DNA of 49,235 nt, taken from contig JASFYK010000001.1 of assembly GCA_030055545.1 (NCBI GenBank), positions 1 through 49,235 of the forward strand, given 5' to 3'. Origin of the DNA: Thermoproteota archaeon (GTDB lineage Archaea > Thermoproteota > Methanomethylicia > Methanomethylicales > Methanomethylicaceae). The position numbers and the translations under genes are program-made. The notes beneath the pieces were generated by a model that ran no database searches, was not told the DNA's origin, and worked only from the letters and a program-made list of their open reading frames with translations. This document shows, piece by piece, positions 27,696 through 37,004 of this stretch. Within the stretch, counting starts at the first letter, position 1, and each line of letters opens with the position of its first letter.

Positions 27696-28937
27696 CTACT
27701 TCCTTCTCACTATTGGCTCGATGATTTCGACGATGTCCTCCATCTTCAATGGGGACTTGTTCAGTTCTATCGCGTCCGCAAGGTTGGTGTAGCAGAACGG
27801 GCATGCGCTGGTCACGAGCTCTGCGCCAGTAGCCTCGGCTTCCTTGACACGCTTGCCTGCAGTCTCTAGCGAGTAGTCAGCGAATCCGCCCCTGACGCCG
27901 CCGCCTGCACCGCAGCAGAACGAGAACTTCCGGTTCCGGTACATCTCAACGAGCTGCAGACCCGGCACCGCCTTCAGCACATTCCTCGGGGTCTCGTAGA
28001 CCTCAGCGTGCCTTCCGAGGTGGCACGGGTCGTGGTAGGTCACCTTCTTGTTGAAGCTGCCCGTGAACTCGATCTCGCCCTTCTTCAGCATCTCTTCGAG
28101 CAGGTGTGTGGTGTGCAGGACCTTGACGCCGGTCATCTTGCCGTACTTGTCAGCGTAGCCTTCTGGGGCGTCCATCGTGTAGTCCCTGCCGAGCGTCCTG
28201 TAGCAGCCCGAACAGGTGGTGATGAATGCGGATGCGCCGTACTTCTCCGGTAGTGCCTTGTTGTGCTCGACGAACTTGGCAGCCAAGTCGTACTGACCGG
28301 TCCTGAGCAGAGGCGATGCACAGCACCACTCGTCCTCGACGACAGTGAAGTCAACCTTGAGCTTCTGCAGCAGGCTAACAGTGGCCCTCGCAAGCTGCTT
28401 CCTCCTGTAGGAGGCTGTGCACCCTGCGAAGTAGATGTACTCCGCCTTGCTCGGCATCGAGTACCTAAGGTCGCTTGGCAGCCAGTCTAGCCTCTTCTCG
28501 TGCGGCTCCTTGTACGGGTTGTAGAGCGTTCCGATCGTTGAGCTCCAGGCCTTGATGTTCTCAGGGATTGCTACGTTCTGCTTCCAAGCCTCGTACCTGA
28601 GGGTCTCGAACATCCTCAGGATCCACGGCTTGATGTCGGTCTCGCACATCTGCTGGCAAGCGCCGCACGATGTGCAGGTGAAGAGCACGTGTGCGACCTT
28701 GTCTGACCAGCCGATGCGGTTGTGAAGCAGCGACCTAGCAAGCGAGACCTTGCCCCTGCTGCCCCTGTAGGAGTCGAAGTTGAATTTGTCTCCCTGGACG
28801 CACAGCATCGCGGCGAAGTTTGCTGTCGGACCGTACTCGTAGCCGTACTTGCAGTTGCCGCAGTGCGTGCACATCGAGACCCAGTCGTATATCTTCGCAA
28901 GTTCTTTAAGGTTCTTGTTCTTTAGTAGGTGGGACAT
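27696..28937 (-). CDS. HdrD/GlcF/GlpC-like iron-sulfur protein (2x[4Fe-4S] plus two CCG domains)
   Basis: 413 aa. CTHCGNC and CTSCGACQQMC ferredoxin motifs. CCG-type domains with WCCAS...CSGC and FCCGAGGG...CPFC. Confidence 0.8.
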   Translation of the reverse strand: MSHLLKNKNLKELAKIYDWVSMCTHCGNCKYGYEYGPTANFAAMLCVQGDKFNFDSYRGSRGKVSLARSLLHNRIGWSDKVAHVLFTCTSCGACQQMCETDIKPWILRMFETLRYEAWKQNVAIPENIKAWSSTIGTLYNPYKEPHEKRLDWLPSDLRYSMPSKAEYIYFAGCTASYRRKQLARATVSLLQKLKVDFTVVEDEWCCASPLLRTGQYDLAAKFVEHNKALPEKYGASAFITTCSGCYRTLGRDYTMDAPEGYADKYGKMTGVKVLHTTHLLEEMLKKGEIEFTGSFNKKVTYHDPCHLGRHAEVYETPRNVLKAVPGLQLVEMYRNRKFSFCCGAGGGVRGGFADYSLETAGKRVKEAEATGAELVTSACPFCYTNLADAIELNKSPLKMEDIVEIIEPIVRRK

Positions 28938-28950
28938 CTCTTTCGCCTCC

Positions 28951-30411
28951 TTAACGGATACCCAGCTTACCCGGGTTCATTATGTTGTTTGGATCAAGCA
29001 TATCCTTGATCTTGGCCATCAGGTACAGGTAGCCAGCGTCCGCGACTGCGTTGAGCTCGTTCTGGTACTCAACTGGCGGCTTGTACGGGAGCATGCCCTC
29101 CGGGAGCCCTGCCCTGACGCACTCGACCATTGCGTCCCTCGCAGCCTGGACTGAGGCCGGGTCGCGCTTGTTGAATGGCGTCATGCACCTGAGCATTCCG
29201 TAGTGCGCACCCTGATAGTCAGTGAATCTTGTCGCAGGGGACAGTCCGTGCCTGATGTAGATCTCCTTCCATTTCTCGTAGAGGATGGGCCAGCTCTTGC
29301 ACGGGGCGAAGGTGCCAGGCCATGCGATGCCTCCACCGCAGGACTTGGAGTAGTTCTTGGTCGAACCTACGATCCTGCTCGGGAGCTCGGTCCTTCCCTT
29401 CTTCGCCTCTGGCGGGTACTCGAAGTCATATAGCTTCGTTCCCTTAGCCCTCTCCTTCTCGACCACTTCCTTCCACATCTTCCTCTTGTATGCAAGTTCC
29501 TCCTCGCTCCAACCGGATATCACGGTGTAGCTGAAGAACTCCGGCGCATCAGCAGGCTTCGGGCTGTACGGGAAGACGATCGGTATCTGAGCGAGCCACC
29601 AGCTCACAGCGGTCACTTCGTCGCAGAGCGAATAGTGGCGCCACCTCACCATGTACTTGGTGATGTCCTCTGCGCTTGCGGCAGCGATCGTAAGGACATC
29701 CTTGTACGGGCGGATCGGGAAGATCCAGACACCCAGCTTTGTCACGATGCCGGTTGTCCCGAGCCATCCGGTGAAGAGACCGTCCATGCGGGGCAGCGGC
29801 AGGAACGAGTGCCATGAGTCAGAGTAAGCGCAGGACCCGATCTTTGCCACCTCTCCAGTCGGGAGGACTACCTCCATGCTGCTCATCAGTTGGCTGTTTA
29901 TTCCAATCCTGCCGTTGAGGTGCCCGATTCCGTGGTTAATTGCCATTGCGAGTACAGATGCCGACGGTGGGTGAACGCCCCACCCGAACTCGAATCCCTT
30001 GCTGAATTCCTCTCCTTTCCACTGCGGGTTTGTAGCCTTTAGGGCAGCCGAGAATGCAGCGTGGCTGACACCGGGCTCGATCACAGCGTAACATGTCTCA
30101 GGGTCGATCTTCAGGATCCTGTCCATCTTCTTGAGATCCATTATGATTCCGCCTTCCTCTGGTACGCAGAGGCCGCCGATGTTTGTGCCGTTGCAGTAGG
30201 GAATTACGGGTATCTTGCGATGGTTCGCGAGTCTCACAACGCGCTGGATTTCTGTCACTGTCTTCGGCATGACGACGTAGTCAGGCATCCTTGGTTCGGC
30301 CCAAGTCATGTCCCAAGTGTATGGCTGCAGGTCGGCTTCTTCATTGCTCACATACTCTGGACCAACTATCTGTTCCAGATTTGCAAGTATTTCGTTGTTT
30401 CCTCTAGCCAT
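28951..30411 (-). CDS. FAD-linked oxidase (GlcD / D-lactate dehydrogenase-like, PCMH FAD-binding fold)
   Basis: 486 aa. FAD-binding region VIPYCNGTNIGG...IIMDLKKMDRILKIDPETCYAVIEPGV. GGTGG RBS 6 nt before the ATG. Lies 13 nt upstream of the CCG protein gene. Confidence 0.85.
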   Translation of the reverse strand: MARGNNEILANLEQIVGPEYVSNEEADLQPYTWDMTWAEPRMPDYVVMPKTVTEIQRVVRLANHRKIPVIPYCNGTNIGGLCVPEEGGIIMDLKKMDRILKIDPETCYAVIEPGVSHAAFSAALKATNPQWKGEEFSKGFEFGWGVHPPSASVLAMAINHGIGHLNGRIGINSQLMSSMEVVLPTGEVAKIGSCAYSDSWHSFLPLPRMDGLFTGWLGTTGIVTKLGVWIFPIRPYKDVLTIAAASAEDITKYMVRWRHYSLCDEVTAVSWWLAQIPIVFPYSPKPADAPEFFSYTVISGWSEEELAYKRKMWKEVVEKERAKGTKLYDFEYPPEAKKGRTELPSRIVGSTKNYSKSCGGGIAWPGTFAPCKSWPILYEKWKEIYIRHGLSPATRFTDYQGAHYGMLRCMTPFNKRDPASVQAARDAMVECVRAGLPEGMLPYKPPVEYQNELNAVADAGYLYLMAKIKDMLDPNNIMNPGKLGIR

Positions 30412-30618
30412 TTTTCCACCTTCGAAAACTGCTTAAAGAATGAGTGCAGGGATATATAAGATTTAACTCACTTCTAAAAAAGGGCTATATACTGATTAAT
30501 ACTCGATGTATATCCAGAAAAGGGCGATAAATCCCCTAAAGGTTTTTTATTTTAATAACTTTACAAAATTAAACAATACCTTTTTAAATGGAAATATGTG
30601 CCTTAATTGTAGTTTTAG

Positions 30619-32037
30619 GTGTTGGTATTGCTCAACGTGATCGACACTACCCTCCGCGACGCGCAACAGTCGCTCTTCGCCACCCGGCTCAGGATTGAAG
30701 ACGTGATTCCGGTGGTGGAGAAGATGGATGATATAGGCTTTTACGGCCTGGAGGCGTGGGGCGGAGCAACTTTCGACTCCTGTATAAGGTACCTAAACGA
30801 GGACCCTTGGGAGAGGCTCCGCAGGATCAAGAGGGGTCTGAAGAAGACCAACGTGGTGATGCTACTCAGGGGCAAGAACCTCGTGGGGTACAGGCACTAC
30901 TCGGAGGATGTCATTGAGGCATTTGTGAAGAAGGCATACGAGAATGGGGTAGACGTGTTCAGGATATTTGACGCCCTGAACGACGTGGAGAACCTAAGGG
31001 TAGCCGTGAGGGTAGCCAAGCAGATAGGGGCTACGGTCCACGGAGATGTCGTATACACGACAAGCCCAATACACACCGTGGATTACTTCATTGATGTGGC
31101 GAAGCAGATAAGTGAGCTTGGCGTCGACGCAATCAGGATAAAGGACATGGCAGGGCTGCTTGCCCCGAGACCGGCATACGACATAGTCAAGGGGATAAGG
31201 AAGGAGACGGGGCTTCCTGTCGCCCTCCACTGCCATTATACTTGCGGACTCGCCTCGCTTGCGTACCTCAAGGGGATCGAGGCTGGAGCGGAATACATTG
31301 ACACTGCGCTATTCCCGTTCGCTTTCGGCGCCTCGCAGCCGGCAATCGAAACCATATACGAGGTCTTCCGCGGCACGAACATGCTATCACATCTCAACAT
31401 AGAGCTCATAAACGACTGTGCGGACTACTTCGAAAAGATTAGAGAGAACTACAAGGGTTATTGCTCGGAGATGACCGAGAGGATCGACCCGAGGGCGCTC
31501 AGGCACCAGATCCCAGGAGGGATGATTTCGAACCTGGTCTACCAGCTCAAAGAGTACAACGCGCTCTCAAAGATGGACGCTGTCCTGAGCGAGGTGCCAG
31601 TGGTCAGGAGGGACCTCGGCTACCCGCCGCTCGTGACCCCGATGAGCCAGATCGTTGGCACCCAGGCAGTGATGAATGTAATAACCGGCAAGAGGTACGA
31701 GCCGGTGATAAAGGAGCTGGAGGACTATGTCAGGGGCTTGTACGGCAGGCCCCCTGGGGAGATAAGCAGGCAACTTGTGGAGTCGGTGAAAAAAGTTAAC
31801 CCCCCCAAGCTGCCTACCTTGAAGGACATCCCCGAGGATGTCAAGCGCCTAGCAAAGAAAGAGGAAGACCTGCTGACATACTTGCTCTTCCCGCAGCTTG
31901 CAATCGCATTCTTCAGGGGAGAGCTGAAGTCCTTCAGTTCTAATGACCAAGCAAAGAGGAAAGAGGTCAAGTGGTTCAGGATAAAGATCGGAGAGGAAGA
32001 GATCGAGGTCAAAATTGAAGGACAGGAAGGGGCATGA
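30619..32037 (+). CDS. Carboxyltransferase subunit (pyruvate carboxylase B / oxaloacetate decarboxylase alpha / transcarboxylase 5S-like) without a biotinyl domain
   Basis: N-terminal VIDTTLRDAQQS motif and TIM-barrel carboxyltransferase layout. The protein ends at 472 aa with no A/E-MKM biotin-attachment motif. Likely start TTG 30628. Confidence 0.8.
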   Translation: MLVLLNVIDTTLRDAQQSLFATRLRIEDVIPVVEKMDDIGFYGLEAWGGATFDSCIRYLNEDPWERLRRIKRGLKKTNVVMLLRGKNLVGYRHYSEDVIEAFVKKAYENGVDVFRIFDALNDVENLRVAVRVAKQIGATVHGDVVYTTSPIHTVDYFIDVAKQISELGVDAIRIKDMAGLLAPRPAYDIVKGIRKETGLPVALHCHYTCGLASLAYLKGIEAGAEYIDTALFPFAFGASQPAIETIYEVFRGTNMLSHLNIELINDCADYFEKIRENYKGYCSEMTERIDPRALRHQIPGGMISNLVYQLKEYNALSKMDAVLSEVPVVRRDLGYPPLVTPMSQIVGTQAVMNVITGKRYEPVIKELEDYVRGLYGRPPGEISRQLVESVKKVNPPKLPTLKDIPEDVKRLAKKEEDLLTYLLFPQLAIAFFRGELKSFSSNDQAKRKEVKWFRIKIGEEEIEVKIEGQEGA

Positions 32038-32061
32038 CTCATTGAATGCAGATAGGAGCGT

Positions 32062-33201
32062 ATGGAATGCCTCTCCCTATGGCAAGGTGCTCCTGCCGAC
32101 AAAGTTAAAAACGCAGGGCAGGATCAGGAGTTAAGTCAAGGGAAGGGGACAGGATTGGATCTAGAATTGTTGCGCAGGTTGAGTGAAACTCACGGGGTTA
32201 CAGGTTCGGAGTACGGGGTAGCTTCCGTGATCAGGGAAGAGCTCCGCGGGTCTGGGGTCAGAACTTACGAGGATAAATTCGGGAACCTCTTCGCCGAGAA
32301 GGGCAGTGGCGAACGGACGCTGATGGTAGCGGCGCACACCGACGAGATTGGGCTGATCGTGAAGCATATCGATGAGAAGGGGTTCATCAGGTTCGCCAAG
32401 CTCGGGGGGATAGCCGACCAGATCTTGCCTGCCCAGAGGGTGCTGATCCATGGCATGAAGAAGAAGGTGCATGGAGTGATAGGCTGCAAGGCAATCCATG
32501 TGATGAAGGATGAGGAGAGGAAGCAGCTCCTGACATATGACAAGATGTTCATAGACACAGGTGCGACCAAGGAGCAGCTTGAAGGATACGGCATAAGGGT
32601 CGGAACACCCATTACCTTGATAAGGGGGCTGACTGAGCTTGAGAACGATCTTGTTGTTGGGAAAGCCATGGATGACAGGGCAGGCTGTTATGTACTTATC
32701 GAGGCCCTGAAAAAGGCGAATCCAAAGAACAAGGTTGTTGCAGTCTTCACAGTCCAAGAAGAGGTGGGGCTTAGGGGCGCTACAATGAGTGCGTACGCAG
32801 TAAAGCCGGACGTTGGCATCGCGATTGACACCACTATTGCAGGGGATCACCCCGAGCTCTCTGAGCAGGATGCGCCTGTGAAGCTGGGTAAAGGGCCAAC
32901 GATAGTGGTCGCAGATGGGAGGAAAGATTCGCTCGGTGGAGGTATGATCGCGAACCCAATTGTCAGGGGTTGGCTCATGGAACTAGCAGATTCCAGCGGG
33001 ATACCGTACCAGCTCGAAGTTCTGGAAGGGGGGACAACAGACGCAGCAGCAATCCAGATGTCACAGTCAGGCATCCCATCTGCATGCATATCGATCCCCT
33101 CGAGGTATGTCCACAGCTTCAGCGAGGTAATATCAAAGAAAGACCTTGAGAACTGTGTCGAACTCCTCGTCAAAGCAATGGAAAGCAAAACACCTTTCTA
33201 G
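32062..33201 (+). CDS. M42 family aminopeptidase (TET/FrvX type); likely start TTG 32155
   Basis: Motifs AAHTDEIG, MDDRAG and VQEEVGLRGA. The first ~30 codons of the tracked ORF look like non-coding read-through. Confidence 0.85.
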   Translation: MECLSLWQGAPADKVKNAGQDQELSQGKGTGLDLELLRRLSETHGVTGSEYGVASVIREELRGSGVRTYEDKFGNLFAEKGSGERTLMVAAHTDEIGLIVKHIDEKGFIRFAKLGGIADQILPAQRVLIHGMKKKVHGVIGCKAIHVMKDEERKQLLTYDKMFIDTGATKEQLEGYGIRVGTPITLIRGLTELENDLVVGKAMDDRAGCYVLIEALKKANPKNKVVAVFTVQEEVGLRGATMSAYAVKPDVGIAIDTTIAGDHPELSEQDAPVKLGKGPTIVVADGRKDSLGGGMIANPIVRGWLMELADSSGIPYQLEVLEGGTTDAAAIQMSQSGIPSACISIPSRYVHSFSEVISKKDLENCVELLVKAMESKTPF

Positions 33202-33896
33202 TGTGCAAGATGTCTCTCGAAAGGAGGATAAACTTCGACAAGGTTTACGAATACGGGGAGAAGGGGATAATAGGCAAAGAGGAGTTCACCTCCTTCTTCG
33301 AGAGAATGCCTTTGCTTGAGAAGGCACTACGGGAAACTGAAGAAGCGTCGGGGTTGCAGTATCCGCCTGTACTCTTCGAACCTGCCCTCACGATAATCAG
33401 GTACCCTTCATCGACTTTCTCTGGTGCCGTCATATATGCTTCATGCAAACTGATGGAGTACAAGGGTGAGCTCCAGCCTTGCGTTGTGTTCTCTGTACCC
33501 TTCGTAATACTATCAAGCGAGGACGTGCTGAGGGCATGCGCGGTCCACGAGTTCTTGCATTACATTTACATCACAAAAGTCCTTTCCAAGGGTAACTACA
33601 TGGACTTGGCAGGCGAGAGGCTGGACTCGATCGAGGTCCACCAAGCATATGACGAAACCCACACGGTCCCCCCTGGCGAATGGATCCGAAACGCAGAATT
33701 GGTCGAGCTCGTGAAGAAAATATTCAACCCAAATATAGATGACCCAGATCTTGAGGCGGCGATAAGGGAGAAGTGGATCGAGAAGGGCTTGCCTGTGAAA
33801 TACACGACCGCAGAGGAAGCCAAGTTGAAGATCCCAATAGAAGAGATTCAGAGAGTCAGGCTTGACATGAAGGTTCTGCAAAGGCTGGCGCCCTGA
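33201..33896 (+). CDS. Hypothetical protein with HExxH zincin motif (probable start ATG 33210)
   Basis: About 228 aa. Single AVHEFLHY (HExxH) motif. Abuts the M42 peptidase stop. No family recognised. Confidence 0.5.
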   Translation: MCKMSLERRINFDKVYEYGEKGIIGKEEFTSFFERMPLLEKALRETEEASGLQYPPVLFEPALTIIRYPSSTFSGAVIYASCKLMEYKGELQPCVVFSVPFVILSSEDVLRACAVHEFLHYIYITKVLSKGNYMDLAGERLDSIEVHQAYDETHTVPPGEWIRNAELVELVKKIFNPNIDDPDLEAAIREKWIEKGLPVKYTTAEEAKLKIPIEEIQRVRLDMKVLQRLAP

Positions 33897-33957
33897 GCTG
33901 GGCTCATGATTTTTATATGTCTTGAGGCATATTGCCCTCGTTTGGTTGGTGTAGATC

Positions 33958-35211
33958 TTGGAGTCTAAGGTTAAGGATCGTGGCCTTGCGGAAAGCGGCA
34001 AGAGCCTCCTAAGGTGGGCAGAGGACCATATGCCGGTCCTGATGAGCATAAGGAGGAGGTTCTCCGAAGAAAAACCTCTCAGAGGTATAACAATCGCGGC
34101 TTGCCTGCACGTCACGAAGGAAACCGGAGTCCTCATCAGGACTCTCGTCGAGGGGGGCGCCAAGGTTGCGCTCGCTGGATCCAACCCGCTCTCCACTCAG
34201 GACGAGGTGGCTGCAGCACTGGCAGAGGAGGGGATCAGCGTCTTCGCCTGGAGGGGGCAGACCAAAGAAGAGTACTACAGTTGCTTGAGGGAGGTGCTCA
34301 GCAAGGAGCCCCAGATAACTATGGACGACGGGGCAGATCTTATCACGATCCTCCACTCCGGAGAAGGCAATATCTCGAAGGTGGCCGGGGGGACTGAAGA
34401 GACTACCACCGGGGTGGTCAGGCTCAAGGCTATGGCGGAGCATGGGGTTCTGAAGTACCCAGTAATAGCGGTCAACAATGCCGAGACAAAGTGGGACTTT
34501 GATAACGTCTATGGGACAGGCCAGAGCACCCTAGATGGGATAATGAGGGCCACCAACGTGCTGCTGGCTGGCAAGAATTTTGTGGTCGCAGGATACGGCC
34601 ACTGCGGCAGAGGGCTGGCCAACAGGGCGAGGGGCATGGGGGCTAAGGTGATCGTCACTGAGATCGACCCGATGAAGGCGCTTAAGGCAACGATGGACGG
34701 ATTTGCCGTGATGCCCATGGAGGAAGCCTCCAAAATAGGGGATATATTCGTCACTGCCACAGGCAATAAAAGCGTAATCAGGAGAGAACACTTCAGGCTA
34801 ATGAAGGGCGGGGCGATTTTGGCAAACACAGGTCACTTCAACGTGGAGATTGACATAAGTGCGCTTGGGGAAGAGGCCTTGGAGAAAAGGCGCCTCAGGC
34901 AGAATGTCGATGAGTATCTGATGAAGGACGGGAGGAAGATCTACCTTCTGGCAGAGGGGAGGCTCGTCAACCTAGCCGCTGCAGAGGGTCACCCGAGCGA
35001 GGTTATGGACATGAGTTTTGCAAACCAGGCACTGTCTGTTGAATACATAATCAAAGAAGGAAAACGTCTGAAGCCGGACGTATATGACGTGCCCAATGAA
35101 ATCGACAGAACCGTAGCAAAGCTGAAGCTGGATACAATGGGAGTGAGAATCGACACGATGACCAGAGAACAGGAGGCTTACGTAAAGGGATGGAGCGAAG
35201 GCACAGAGTGA
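33958..35211 (+). CDS. ahcY: S-adenosyl-L-homocysteine hydrolase
   Basis: 417 aa. [16 protein letters not shown] and NAD loop [10 protein letters not shown]. Classic AhcY architecture. Confidence 0.92.
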   Translation: MESKVKDRGLAESGKSLLRWAEDHMPVLMSIRRRFSEEKPLRGITIAACLHVTKETGVLIRTLVEGGAKVALAGSNPLSTQDEVAAALAEEGISVFAWRGQTKEEYYSCLREVLSKEPQITMDDGADLITILHSGEGNISKVAGGTEETTTGVVRLKAMAEHGVLKYPVIAVNNAETKWDFDNVYGTGQSTLDGIMRATNVLLAGKNFVVAGYGHCGRGLANRARGMGAKVIVTEIDPMKALKATMDGFAVMPMEEASKIGDIFVTATGNKSVIRREHFRLMKGGAILANTGHFNVEIDISALGEEALEKRRLRQNVDEYLMKDGRKIYLLAEGRLVNLAAAEGHPSEVMDMSFANQALSVEYIIKEGKRLKPDVYDVPNEIDRTVAKLKLDTMGVRIDTMTREQEAYVKGWSEGTE

Positions 35212-35239
35212 CCCCTGCGTTCGCTTTTTTGAAGAGGGG
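35212..35239 (+). terminator. Hairpin (CCCCT...AGGGG) enclosing a T6 run after ahcY
   Basis: CCCCTGCGTTCGCTTTTTTGAAGAGGGG lies between the convergent ahcY and endA genes. Confidence 0.5.
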
Positions 35240-35242
35240 TCG

Positions 35243-35803
35243 CTAGGCCTTCCACCACATGAACATGAAGTAAAGCACCTTGTTTCTGGACCTGTCAAGA
35301 GTGGCAAGTATGAACTTCTTCCTCACGGTGTGTGAAAGGCGACCTGCCCTGACTATCTCAATGGGGTCGACCTCTGCCGAGCTCGGGAGCACATGTATGA
35401 CAAATGGGGCATGATCAATGCCTGGACCGTACTCGTAGACTGCAAAATCAGATCCGAATTTCATGCCAGGCCTAACTACATACCCCTTCTCCCGCAGGTC
35501 TTTGTATACGGCATAGAGCTCGTCAAAGAGCCTGAAGTTTTCCCTTGAGAACTGGGAAAGTTCCTCCAATGTAATCGTACGACCGCCCGATTCGACTGAT
35601 ATTCGCCCTTTCTCGAGGAGGTAGTTCGCTTCGAACAAGGACAGCTCGAGTGGAGTGTCGACCTCTGTGTCCTTTGGCTTGTGGACATTTACAGGCTTGC
35701 CGAAAAAGCCCTCTTTGTAGAGCTTTGCCCCCTGAGCTTTTGACAGGATGATGATCCGGGATCCGATGATTGTTGCCACCGGCAGGGAGGATGCCATCGC
35801 CAC
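35243..35803 (-). CDS. endA: tRNA-splicing endonuclease (catalytic subunit)
   Basis: 186 aa. GFFGK, LSLFEANYLLEKGRI, YKDLREKGYVVRPGMKFGSDFAVY and the HAPFVIHV catalytic-His context. Confidence 0.85.
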   Translation of the reverse strand: MAMASSLPVATIIGSRIIILSKAQGAKLYKEGFFGKPVNVHKPKDTEVDTPLELSLFEANYLLEKGRISVESGGRTITLEELSQFSRENFRLFDELYAVYKDLREKGYVVRPGMKFGSDFAVYEYGPGIDHAPFVIHVLPSSAEVDPIEIVRAGRLSHTVRKKFILATLDRSRNKVLYFMFMWWKA

Positions 35804-36093
35804 GCACCAGGAAACGGAGAATAGCTTTTTAGAGTATATCGGACTACCAATTATAAAGTTTGCCAGTTAAGGGATCAACTTCAAGAGACCGCCCTTCGCC
35901 AAGCTCATGATAAAAGTTGGAGATATGGTCTTCATGGCCTACCTATACCTCCTATTTTGAGTCACTAAAACAATAGGCTCCATTATGAGGAGCGCGAAGA
36001 TTTCAATGGTGTAGATCTGCTCAGCGCTCATTTAACCTCATTAATCTGCGCGAGTAACTCGCTTCAAGAAAGGGATTGGAGATCGGATTGAGC

Positions 36094-36774
36094 TCAGAGC
36101 ACGCGGTGCAGCGCGAGCACTCTTACATCGTCCGAGGCGTCCCGCATGGTGTCTACCATGAGCTCGAGGTTTGCCACCAAGTCCCTGCAGATCAGAACAC
36201 AGCCCTGATCCTTTACGTCCATTATGATCCGGAGGTCGAGATCCTGCTGCATGAGGTCAACCTTGTTTTCTGCGGAGTGGACGTCGCTTACTAGCTTCAG
36301 AGCATACATCGGGTTCATCGCCAATGCCATAATGCAACTCCTGAGCTTTTCGTACGCAGACAAGGATTCGCTTGCAAGCGAGATCAGACCCTCGGCTATC
36401 TTCGGGTCAACCCCCAGGTTGCTCTTGGAAAGCTTGAGTATGAGCCTTGAAATAGTCTGGGCGATCTCGGCGATCTTCTCAACATTGAACATAAGCCTGA
36501 GGAAGTCCTCCCTGTACAGAAGACCAGGAGCCGACTTTGTCAGCGTATCGATCAACTCTATCTTTATCTCGTCTGCTTCCTCCTCTAGTTTTGTAACTTC
36601 CTCGTAGTACTCCTCCATGTTGCCCCTTGATGAAGCATAATCGTCAATCATCAGTACCAAAGATCTCATGACATCCTGAACTTTCCTCGCGTGGTCAGTG
36701 AGGAGATCAAGCGACTTTCGGTAGGCTTTGTTTTCAAGATCGCTCAGCTCTTTCTGATAGGTCAAACCAGACAT
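36094..36774 (-). CDS. DUF47 / PhoU-like helical protein
   Basis: 226 aa, all-helical. KLEEEADEIK and REDFLRL segments are typical of the DUF47 (TIGR00153-like) family. Confidence 0.7.
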   Translation of the reverse strand: MSGLTYQKELSDLENKAYRKSLDLLTDHARKVQDVMRSLVLMIDDYASSRGNMEEYYEEVTKLEEEADEIKIELIDTLTKSAPGLLYREDFLRLMFNVEKIAEIAQTISRLILKLSKSNLGVDPKIAEGLISLASESLSAYEKLRSCIMALAMNPMYALKLVSDVHSAENKVDLMQQDLDLRIIMDVKDQGCVLICRDLVANLELMVDTMRDASDDVRVLALHRVL

Positions 36775-36895
36775 CCCCTGAAGGACGCGCTAAAAGAAGC
36801 TAAAGGCTTTAATAAAGTTTTAGCTATAAAAGCACCTATTTAAATAAAAATACGAGAACAGCACAAAAAAATAATGTTGCGACTATCTGACCCAA

Positions 36896-36939
36896 TGAAA
36901 CGGGGCGTCACATTCGTGAAACGGGAACTTGAATCGGGA
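36896..36939. repeat. Three direct copies of TGAA(A/T)CGGG(A/G) upstream of trxB
   Basis: TGAAACGGGG at 36896-36905, TGAAACGGGA at 36917-36926, TGAATCGGGA at 36930-39. They lie 65-110 nt upstream of ATG 37005. Confidence 0.6.
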
Positions 36940-37004
36940 AGAGATTTTAGGCTAAAGGCACAATCTATAGTTTGAGATCCAGACTTCTGGAAAGGTGTAA
37001 AAAT

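Noticed and set aside
32038-32154. Possible frameshifted biotinyl domain of the carboxyltransferase downstream of its stop
   Set aside because: None of the three frames after 32037 encodes an (A/E)MKM motif or a lipoyl-like sequence. The region instead leads into the M42 gene.
32161-32850. 229-aa ORF antisense to the M42 peptidase gene
   Set aside because: The opposite strand carries unmistakable M42 motifs. This frame has none and is Cys/His/Pro-rich in a random-looking way.
33513-34196. 227-aa minus-strand ORF spanning the HExxH gene, an intergenic spacer and the ahcY 5' end
   Set aside because: It crosses a promoter region, is antisense to the strongly supported ahcY, and contains no recognisable domain.
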